In this document: in pieces, positions 1 to 6,941 of the stretch | Layout of the letters: each line of letters starts with the position of its first letter | Numbering within the stretch: the first letter of the stretch is position 1 | Source of the DNA: Elusimicrobiales bacterium | GTDB lineage: Bacteria > Elusimicrobiota > Elusimicrobia > Elusimicrobiales > UBA9959 | Assembly: GCA_049972095.1 (NCBI GenBank) | Contig: JBMFKQ010000040.1 | Span: 1-11,028, forward strand | Direction: 5' to 3' | DNA: 11,028 nucleotides | The notes under the pieces: generated by a model | Told to the model about the DNA's origin: nothing | The model's database searches: none | The model's input: the letters and a program-made list of their open reading frames with translations, nothing else | Program-made: the position numbers and the translations under genes

Positions 1-2
1 TG

Positions 3-74
3 ACATATTTATTATCTAACGATGATTCCTTCGATGACAAAAATTATTATCTAATGCGAGGGCTTGACAGGTGA
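3..74 (+). CDS. Possible 3' end of an upstream gene (partial, unidentified)
   Basis: Frame +3 is open from the window edge to TGA at 72-74 (TYLLSNDDSFDDKNYYLMRGLDR*). It is only 23 codons with no recognisable motif, so it could be chance. Confidence 0.25.
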   Translation, partial: TYLLSNDDSFDDKNYYLMRGLDR

Positions 75-76
75 CT

Positions 77-105
77 TTGAATAATTTCTTTAAATTAGGT
101 AAAAT
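77..105 (+). promoter_or_regulatory. Putative sigma70-type promoter for dnaB
   Basis: TTGAAT (77-82), a 17-nt spacer and TAAAAT (100-105), about 40 nt upstream of the likely dnaB start. Confidence 0.55.
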
Positions 106-144
106 GTGAAAGAGATATTTCATATAGAATAAAAGGTGGGATTT

Positions 145-1524
145 ATGAATACAAAAATCTATCCTCAGGCTTTAGATGCTGAGATGTCGGTTCTTGGCAC
201 TATGATAATAAGTAGGGATGCCATTCAAAATGTTGTTGAGATTCTCAAACCAGAACACTTCTATCTTGAGATTCACCAAATAATTTTTGATACAATAATT
301 AAACTTTATGATGCAAAAAAAAGCATAGATATAGTTGTTCTTGCTGAGGAGCTCAAAAGACTTAATGAGCTTGAAAAGATAGGTGGTATACCATATCTAA
401 CCCAGCTTACAGAACATGTCTCTTCACCAGCACATGCAAAAGACTACGCACAGATTGTTAAGGAGAAATATATACTCAGAGAGCTCATCAAAGCATCATC
501 ACGAATAATAGAAGAGGCATATTCACAGTCAAAAGATCTTGATACAGTTGTTGACCAGGCGCAGAGAGAAATATTTAACATATCACAGAAAAATCTTTCT
601 CATCAATTTACATCTCCAAAGGATCTTGCCCGTGAGTATCTCAATATAATAGAAGATGCAAAAAAAGAAGGCAAACCTATATTAGGCATTCCTTCAGGTT
701 TCTCAAGACTTGACTCAATAACAGCAGGCTTTAAAAATCAAGAGTTCATAATCCTTGCTGCAAGACCCTCTCAAGGTAAAACTGCCCTTGCACTTAATAT
801 CGCATATAATGTTGGGGTTAGAAAAAATATCCCTGTTATAATATTCTCACTTGAGATGGATAGATACAGCCTTATTCATAGAATGATCTCATCAGCAATA
901 AAATACAACTCATCAAAAATAAGAAGCGGAAGGATTGAAAGGGAGATCTGGCCAGCCCTAACCACAGAGATAGGTAAATTTTCAGACTCAAATATATGGA
1001 TAGATGATACCCCTGGTCTTACAATAATGGATATAAGAACAAGAGCCAGAAAACTCATCCTTGACATACAGTCAAAAAATCCTCAGATAAACCGTTTTCT
1101 CATAATCATAGACTATCTACAGCTTATACGTGGTATTGGAAGACATGAATCAAGACAGCAGGAGGTGAGTGAGATATCAAGGCTTCTCAAAGATATGGCA
1201 AGAAGTCTTAATCTTCCTGTTTTGGCTCTCTCGCAGCTTAACAGAAGAACAGAGGAGAGGAGTAGAGAGGGTAACCGCCCTCAGCTTTCAGATCTAAGGG
1301 AATCAGGTTCCCTTGAACAGGACGCTGATATAGTTCTTATGATTCACAGGGAATACTACTACACTCGTGATGAAAGCAAGAGGAGGAATGCCACTCTGAT
1401 TGTTGCAAAAAATAGACAGGGTATGGTTGGTGAGGTTGATCTCCTTTTCTTTGAAGAATACACAAGATTTGAAGAACCACTTCCAAACACGATTCAGCTA
1501 ACAGAGGAAGAAATCTCTCTTTAA
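145..1524 (+). CDS. dnaB: Replicative DNA helicase DnaB
   Basis: N-terminal PQALDAEMSVLG and HFYLEIHQIIF, Walker A AARPSQGKT, FSLEM, IIDYLQL, LSQLNR, RPQLSDLRESGSLEQDAD and VAKNRQG. The ORF track starts at GTG 136. I prefer ATG 145 because the SD-like AGGTG (134-138) lies 6 nt upstream of it. Confidence 0.98.
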   Translation: MNTKIYPQALDAEMSVLGTMIISRDAIQNVVEILKPEHFYLEIHQIIFDTIIKLYDAKKSIDIVVLAEELKRLNELEKIGGIPYLTQLTEHVSSPAHAKDYAQIVKEKYILRELIKASSRIIEEAYSQSKDLDTVVDQAQREIFNISQKNLSHQFTSPKDLAREYLNIIEDAKKEGKPILGIPSGFSRLDSITAGFKNQEFIILAARPSQGKTALALNIAYNVGVRKNIPVIIFSLEMDRYSLIHRMISSAIKYNSSKIRSGRIEREIWPALTTEIGKFSDSNIWIDDTPGLTIMDIRTRARKLILDIQSKNPQINRFLIIIDYLQLIRGIGRHESRQQEVSEISRLLKDMARSLNLPVLALSQLNRRTEERSREGNRPQLSDLRESGSLEQDADIVLMIHREYYYTRDESKRRNATLIVAKNRQGMVGEVDLLFFEEYTRFEEPLPNTIQLTEEEISL

Positions 1525-1526
1525 AG

Positions 1527-2612
1527 ATGGAAATAATGAGGCCCACATGGGCTGAGATAAGTATATCAAAATTCATAAGAAACATCAAAAGAATAAAAAG
1601 CATAATTGCTAAAAAAACAAAGTTTCTTTTAGTTGTTAAAGCTGATGCCTATGGGCATGGAGCTGTTGCTCTTGCACATTTTGCTGAAAAGGAATCATTA
1701 TGTGATTTTTTGGGTGTCTCGTCGATTGAAGAGGGAATTGAGCTTAGAGAAAAAGGTATAAGGCTTCCTATAATAATTCTTGGAAGCATATATCCAACAA
1801 AAAACTTTCCATATCTTACAAAATACAACCTTACACCTACAATATCAAGCTTAATGCTCTTAAAGGAACTTGTAAGATATCTAAGAAAAACATCCTCAAG
1901 AATGAATATTCACATAAAACTGGAGACAGGGATGAATAGAATAGGGGCATCGGAAGGCGTTGCAATGAAGATGATTGAATATATATCGTCATCACCAAAT
2001 ATAAAAATTGAAGGTATCTATTCTCACTTTTCATCTGCTGATTCAGATAAATCTTTTACAGAAAGCCAGCTTGAAAGATTCTTGAGATTTACATCAAGTA
2101 TAAAAAACATCAACTTTATTAGACACATTGCAAACTCCTATGCTACAGTATCTTTTCCAAAATCTCATCTGGATATGGTGAGATGTGGAATAGCTGCCTA
2201 TGGATCAATCGATGGATTTGAGGAAATAATGACATTAAAAACAAGGGTGGTTTTTCTAAAATATATAAAAAAATCAAGCCCTGTAAGTTATTCAAAAGCC
2301 TTTGTTGCACCAAAAAGAATAAGAGTTGCAACAATCCCTGTTGGATATGGTGATGGGTATTTGAGGTCCCTTTCAAATAAAGCTCTTGTTATGATAAGGG
2401 GAAGGTATGCACCTGTTATAGGAAATATAACCATGGATATGACGATGATTGATGTAAGCGATATAAAGGAGATAAAAATAGGGGATGAGGTTGTTATTCT
2501 TGGTGGCGGTTTTGATAAAATAAGTATAAAACAGACTGCTGTTAAAGCTCAGACCATACCATATGAGATAACAACTCTCATAACAAAAAGAGTAAGGAGA
2601 ATATATAAATGA
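1527..2612 (+). CDS. alr: Alanine racemase (PLP-dependent)
   Basis: RPTWAEI N-terminus, VVKADAYGHG with PLP-binding Lys38, HIKLETGMNRIG, YSHFSSAD, HIANS, VSY (catalytic Tyr255), PVGYGDG and TIPYEI. Confidence 0.97.
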   Translation: MEIMRPTWAEISISKFIRNIKRIKSIIAKKTKFLLVVKADAYGHGAVALAHFAEKESLCDFLGVSSIEEGIELREKGIRLPIIILGSIYPTKNFPYLTKYNLTPTISSLMLLKELVRYLRKTSSRMNIHIKLETGMNRIGASEGVAMKMIEYISSSPNIKIEGIYSHFSSADSDKSFTESQLERFLRFTSSIKNINFIRHIANSYATVSFPKSHLDMVRCGIAAYGSIDGFEEIMTLKTRVVFLKYIKKSSPVSYSKAFVAPKRIRVATIPVGYGDGYLRSLSNKALVMIRGRYAPVIGNITMDMTMIDVSDIKEIKIGDEVVILGGGFDKISIKQTAVKAQTIPYEITTLITKRVRRIYK

Positions 2613-3394
2613 GTTTTATTGGAATCTTTGGAAGATATGTAATTGAAATAGCCTATGAGCTTGGTAGAGTAGTATTAATGATTAAAAATCTCTTTTACTG
2701 GTTCTTTAAATCAAAGCTTGAGACAGAACAAATTTTTAAACAAACAGTAAGAATAGGAATTGACTCGCTTGGTGTTACACTGCTTACAAATCTTTTTACA
2801 GGTATGGTTTTATCACTTCAAACTGGCTATACATCCAAAAGTCTTTTCAACGAACCGCTTTATGTTGGAACTATTGTTGGTTTTTCTCTTGTAAAGGAGC
2901 TTGCACCAGTGTTAACCGCAATAGTTGTTGCAGGAAGGGTTGGTTCAAATATTACTGCTGAGATAGGTACGATGGTTGTAACTGAACAGATTGATGCACT
3001 CTATACACTTGGTACAAATCCTTATACATACCTTCTTCTACCTAGGTATATTGCATTTCTCATAGCCCTTCCAGTCTTAACCCTTTTTGCAAATATCATG
3101 GGAATACTTGGGGGTTGCTTGGTTGCATATATAAAATTATCGGTTCCATCAACAATATTTTTTGATGATATATTTCAATTTATGGAGGTAAAAAACTTTA
3201 TGCATGGGTTTATCAAAACCTTCTTTTTTGCTTTTACAATTGCAACCGTTTCATCCTACAAAGGGCTTTACACATCAGGTGGTGCTGAGGGAGTTGGTAG
3301 AGCCACAACACAGTCAGTTGTAATATCAATGATAATGATACTTGTAATAGATTATTTCGTAAGCTCTCTTCTTGTGCTTGTGGGGATAAGATGA
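2609..3394 (+). CDS. mlaE: MlaE-family ABC transporter permease (MCE system)
   Basis: Multiple hydrophobic segments, KELAPVLTAIVVAGRVGSNITAEIGTMVVTEQIDAL and GGAEGVGRATTQSVV. ATGA overlap with alr. Confidence 0.96.
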   Translation: MSFIGIFGRYVIEIAYELGRVVLMIKNLFYWFFKSKLETEQIFKQTVRIGIDSLGVTLLTNLFTGMVLSLQTGYTSKSLFNEPLYVGTIVGFSLVKELAPVLTAIVVAGRVGSNITAEIGTMVVTEQIDALYTLGTNPYTYLLLPRYIAFLIALPVLTLFANIMGILGGCLVAYIKLSVPSTIFFDDIFQFMEVKNFMHGFIKTFFFAFTIATVSSYKGLYTSGGAEGVGRATTQSVVISMIMILVIDYFVSSLLVLVGIR

Positions 3395-4164
3395 TAGAGA
3401 TAAAAAAACTAACTAAGATCTATGATTCAGTAAGAGTTCTTAACTCAATCTCAATGAGCATAAAGGATGGGGAGATATTTACAGTTATGGGACCCTCAGG
3501 CTGTGGTAAATCAACGCTCCTTAAATGCATAATCAAGCTAATAGTTCCTGAAGAAGGAAGCATAGTAATAGATGGAAAAGACATACTAAAGGTTAAAGAC
3601 GAAATTGAGCTTAAGCTTATAAGAAGAGATTTTGGATACCTATTTCAAGAGGGAGCCCTTTTCGATTCGCTTTCGGTGTGGGAAAATGTTGCCTTTGGTT
3701 TAAAATATCTTACCGATATACCAAGAGAAAGATACTTTGAAATTGCAAGGGAGAAACTCAACCTTGTTGGGCTTAAGGATGTGGAACATAAAAAAATAAG
3801 CGAGCTTTCAGGTGGAATGAAAAAAAGGGTTGCACTTGCAAGAGCAATAGCTCATAATCCAAACTATCTCCTTTACGACGAGCCAACCACAGGGCTTGAT
3901 CCAATAACAGCTGAAAGGATCTATGATCTTATAAAGGAAACATCAGAAAAACTTCGTGTAACATCTATTGTTGTAACACATGATGTTAGGCTTGCTCTCA
4001 CAGTCTCATCAAGAATAGCAATACTTAACTCCGGCAGCCTTGTTATGATAGACACCCCTCAAGGAATATTAGATTCAGCTGATCCTTTTGTAAAGGAGTT
4101 TATAGAATCCCCTATGATAGACTGGTATCAAAAACAAAAGGTAAAATATAGATATGAAAGATGA
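3391..4164 (+). CDS. mlaF: MlaF/Mkl-family ABC ATPase
   Basis: Walker A GPSGCGKS, LFQEGALFDSL (typical of MlaF), signature LSGGMKKR, Walker B LLYDEPTTGLDP and H-loop VTHD. It lies between mlaE and an MCE gene. Confidence 0.95.
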   Translation: MIEIKKLTKIYDSVRVLNSISMSIKDGEIFTVMGPSGCGKSTLLKCIIKLIVPEEGSIVIDGKDILKVKDEIELKLIRRDFGYLFQEGALFDSLSVWENVAFGLKYLTDIPRERYFEIAREKLNLVGLKDVEHKKISELSGGMKKRVALARAIAHNPNYLLYDEPTTGLDPITAERIYDLIKETSEKLRVTSIVVTHDVRLALTVSSRIAILNSGSLVMIDTPQGILDSADPFVKEFIESPMIDWYQKQKVKYRYER

Positions 4165-5461
4165 GGTAAAGGTTGGGCTTTTCGCACTTGCAGGCGTAGC
4201 TACACTTGCTTTTTCACTAATTCTACTTGCTGATTTTAGCATTGGAAAAAGATATAGAATATATGTTACATTTGACGATATATCTGGGCTTGCATCTAAG
4301 TCTCCAGTAAGGCTCAATGGTGTTGAGGTAGGTAAGATAAAGAGTGTGAGTTTTGATGGTAAGAAGGTTGTTGCTGAGGTCCTGGTTGATGAAAAGGTGA
4401 AAATAGCCAGAGACTCAAAGTTTTATATTGCTTCAACAAGTATAGTTGGCTCAAAATTTTTGCAGATAAATCAAGGAGATCTTTCATTGGGATATCTTAG
4501 ACCAGGTGAAAGAGTAGACGCTATTGCAAGAAAACCCATAGAAGAGGTTGTTCTTGAAATGGCTGAAAAGATAAACTCTCTTGCAAATCAGCTCACATCA
4601 AAAGGAGAGATTGCAAAAAACTTAAGCGAGGCGGCAAAGAATCTAAGAGATATAACTGCAAATCTAAACTCTCTAATATCTAGGAACTCAACATCGATAG
4701 ACTCACTCATAAAGAATGCGGATGAAACCTTATCAAAGATAAAAGAGTTTAGTATAAAGATTGAAAACATAATTGATAGAATACAAAGTAGTGAAGGGGC
4801 AATTGGAACACTTCTAAATGATAAAACAACACAAGAGAATGTAAAACAGACCATTGAGAATATAAAGGATGCTACAAAATCTCTCAAAGAATATACCTCA
4901 AAGACATCAAAGGTAAAAACATACTGGAAATGGGAGTTTAAATATGAACCATCATCAAAGCAATCATATAATGATGTTGGACTAAGGATAAATGTAAATG
5001 AAAACAAGTATTATTATGTTGGTGCAAGCAACATAATAAGTATGAAAAACAAACCTCGTGGCACCTCATACGAACCACATAATACACTTGATGCATATCT
5101 TGGTTGGGACTACGATAGATGGGGGTTTTATGTAGGTGCAATAAGAGGGACTGGAGGCTTTGGAGTTAAATACAGGATTACTGGAAATGAGGCTGAAAAA
5201 AACTCTTTATGGTTTGAAGCAGAGGCAAATGAATTTTCAAGAAATAGGGTAGTAAAATCAAGATACTTTAATGATGCCAGATATGATGCATCAGTTAGGT
5301 ATTATCTAAAACCTGGGATCTCTACATCTTTAAAACTCACAGATATTCTTGAGGTAAAAAGGATTTCTGTAACAACAAAGGTTGTATTCGAGGATAAAGA
5401 TATAACAACAATCCTTGGACTTACCGGAGGTTCTTCAGCAGCGGCATTAATTGCAAAATGA
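4154..5461 (+). CDS. mlaD: Long MlaD/MCE-family protein with helical stalk and predicted C-terminal beta-barrel
   Basis: EVKVGLF followed by a TM helix (aa ~7-27). MCE domain (FDDISGL..SPVRLNGVEVGKI..TSIVGSKFLQI, aa ~33-125). Heptad-like helical region aa ~128-253 containing GAIGTLLND. Aromatic/Gly-rich beta region aa ~254-412. Confidence 0.92.
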   Translation: MKDEVKVGLFALAGVATLAFSLILLADFSIGKRYRIYVTFDDISGLASKSPVRLNGVEVGKIKSVSFDGKKVVAEVLVDEKVKIARDSKFYIASTSIVGSKFLQINQGDLSLGYLRPGERVDAIARKPIEEVVLEMAEKINSLANQLTSKGEIAKNLSEAAKNLRDITANLNSLISRNSTSIDSLIKNADETLSKIKEFSIKIENIIDRIQSSEGAIGTLLNDKTTQENVKQTIENIKDATKSLKEYTSKTSKVKTYWKWEFKYEPSSKQSYNDVGLRINVNENKYYYVGASNIISMKNKPRGTSYEPHNTLDAYLGWDYDRWGFYVGAIRGTGGFGVKYRITGNEAEKNSLWFEAEANEFSRNRVVKSRYFNDARYDASVRYYLKPGISTSLKLTDILEVKRISVTTKVVFEDKDITTILGLTGGSSAAALIAK

Positions 5462-6804
5462 CTAAACTAAAAAAAATATACATCTGCACAAACTGTGGTC
5501 ATAAAGAGATAAAATGGCAGGGTAAATGTCCTTCATGTGGGGCATGGAATTCATTTGAAGAGGATGTTATAGCTAGCCCATCCAAAAAAACACAGATAAA
5601 ACAACTTACAGACTTCTCTTCACCTCCAATTAGACTTTCTGATATAAAGTCTCAAGCTATCGAAAAAAAGCCAACAGGCATAGCTGAGCTTGATAGAGTT
5701 CTTGATGGTGGCACCATTGGTGGGCAGATAATTCTTGTTGGTGGAGTTCCTGGGATAGGGAAAAGCACTCTTATGCTTTCAGTTGCATCATCATTTGCCT
5801 CAAATAAAAATGAGGTTCTTTATGTATCAGGTGAGGAATCTTTAACACAGATATCACATAGAGCAGAAAGAATCTCAGTTAAAAACTCGCAAATTACAAT
5901 ACTGTGTGAAAGTGATATAACAAAAATAATTCAAGCCATAGATAACTTAAACTGCTCACTACTTATAATAGACTCAATCCAAACACTTTATCATCCAGAG
6001 ATCCCATCATCACCATCAAGTCCACTTCAGATAAGATATGTAACATCTGAGATAATAAAAGCTGCAAAAAGCAAGAACATAGTAACCTTTATACTTGCAC
6101 ATGTAACAAAAGAAGGAGATATAGCAGGTCCAAAACTTCTTGAACATATGGTAGATACGGTGCTTTATTTTGAGGCTGATGTCAAAGGTCCATATAGAAT
6201 ACTTAGAAGTTTCAAAAACAGATTCGGTTCTGTTGATGAGATAGGGATATTTGAGCTTAATGATAAGGGTATTTTTTCAAGCCATATTGAAATAACTCCA
6301 TCAGAAATAACTCCCATTGCCGGAAAAACCCATACCTGTATAGTCGAAGGGACACGAGCCTTTATAACAAGGATTGAAGCACTTGTATCAAGAACCTTTT
6401 ATCCATATCCAAAAAGGGTGTTTTATTCAATAGACTCAAACTATGCACAGATACTTCTTGCATCGATAGAAAAGAATACACGATTTAAACTTGAATCCTA
6501 TGATGTCTATATAAACATCCCAACAGCCTTTAAAACAAAAGATAAAGCAAGCGACCTTGCAGTGTGTGGTGCTGTTTTATCATCACTTACAAATACTAAA
6601 CTTCCTAAATCTACTGCCTTTATTGGTGAGGTTGGTATGCTGGGGCAGGTTTATCCGGTTTCATACATAACAAAAAGAATAAATGAGCTTGAAAAGAATG
6701 GATTTAAAATGGTAATAATTCCAGATGTGAAAGAGAAAATAGACTCAAAGATAGAGATAATAAAGATCTCACATATATCTGAGATTGAGAGGTTTTTCCA
6801 ATAA
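5458..6804 (+). CDS. radA: DNA repair protein RadA/Sms
   Basis: C4 zinc finger CTNC..WQGKCPSCGAWNS, Walker A GVPGIGKST, YVSGEES, IIDSIQT, HVTKEGDIAGPKLLEHMVD, the RadA signature KNRFG and a Lon-like C-terminal domain (IGEVGMLG). Confidence 0.97.
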   Translation: MTKLKKIYICTNCGHKEIKWQGKCPSCGAWNSFEEDVIASPSKKTQIKQLTDFSSPPIRLSDIKSQAIEKKPTGIAELDRVLDGGTIGGQIILVGGVPGIGKSTLMLSVASSFASNKNEVLYVSGEESLTQISHRAERISVKNSQITILCESDITKIIQAIDNLNCSLLIIDSIQTLYHPEIPSSPSSPLQIRYVTSEIIKAAKSKNIVTFILAHVTKEGDIAGPKLLEHMVDTVLYFEADVKGPYRILRSFKNRFGSVDEIGIFELNDKGIFSSHIEITPSEITPIAGKTHTCIVEGTRAFITRIEALVSRTFYPYPKRVFYSIDSNYAQILLASIEKNTRFKLESYDVYINIPTAFKTKDKASDLAVCGAVLSSLTNTKLPKSTAFIGEVGMLGQVYPVSYITKRINELEKNGFKMVIIPDVKEKIDSKIEIIKISHISEIERFFQ

Positions 6805-6829
6805 AGGGGATTACCCTTTTCAAATCCCC
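6803..6829 (+). terminator. Possible weak terminator/hairpin after radA
   Basis: AAAGGG (6803-6808) can pair with CCCTTT (6814-6819). Alternatively GGGGATT (6806-6812) can pair with AATCCCC (6823-6829). Neither is followed by a clean long U-tract. Confidence 0.3.
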
Positions 6830-6913
6830 AAAGGAAATATAAAAATCCTAACCGAAGAAAGCTTTGGTATGCAAGAACAAATATCTCGATGGCCTTAATA
6901 GGATAAACTAATT

Positions 6914-6922
6914 TGATAAAAT
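6914..6922 (+). promoter_or_regulatory. Putative extended -10 promoter for the PIN/TRAM-ispDF-cysS block
   Basis: TG-A-TAAAAT (6914-6922), followed by the SD-like GGGGT (6933-6937) and ATG 6942. There is no convincing -35 element. Confidence 0.45.
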
Positions 6923-6941
6923 ATTTATTAATGGGGTATGT

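Noticed and set aside
9..54. TTATCTAA motifs as DnaA boxes or oriC, or the repeat as a CRISPR remnant
   Set aside because: The match to TTATCCACA is only about 6/9. Two short imperfect copies do not have CRISPR repeat/spacer dimensions, and no cas genes are present.
64..96. Perfect TTGACA at 64-69 as the -35 element
   Set aside because: There is no -10-like hexamer at 16-18 nt spacing (TAAATT is 21 nt away). The TTGAAT/TAAAAT pair fits better.
145..1524. Intein in DnaB
   Set aside because: The usual insertion sites (Walker A GK/T and RESG/S) are uninterrupted and the protein length is normal.
6806..6880. Resemblance to preQ1-I (hairpin plus A-rich tail) or c-di-GMP-I (AACC..GAAA..GG.A.GCAA) riboswitches, or an H-type pseudoknot
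   Set aside because: Key conserved nucleotides are missing (no preQ1 loop consensus, no GGCAAA/GACGC pairing). The pseudoknot would need a 0-nt loop 3.
6785..6906. Small ORFs in the radA-yacL gap (TTG 6785-6898, ATG 6869-6898) and a 33-codon open frame after the radA stop
   Set aside because: No convincing SD and no similarity to DisA or a leader peptide. RadA already ends at its normal length with TAA.
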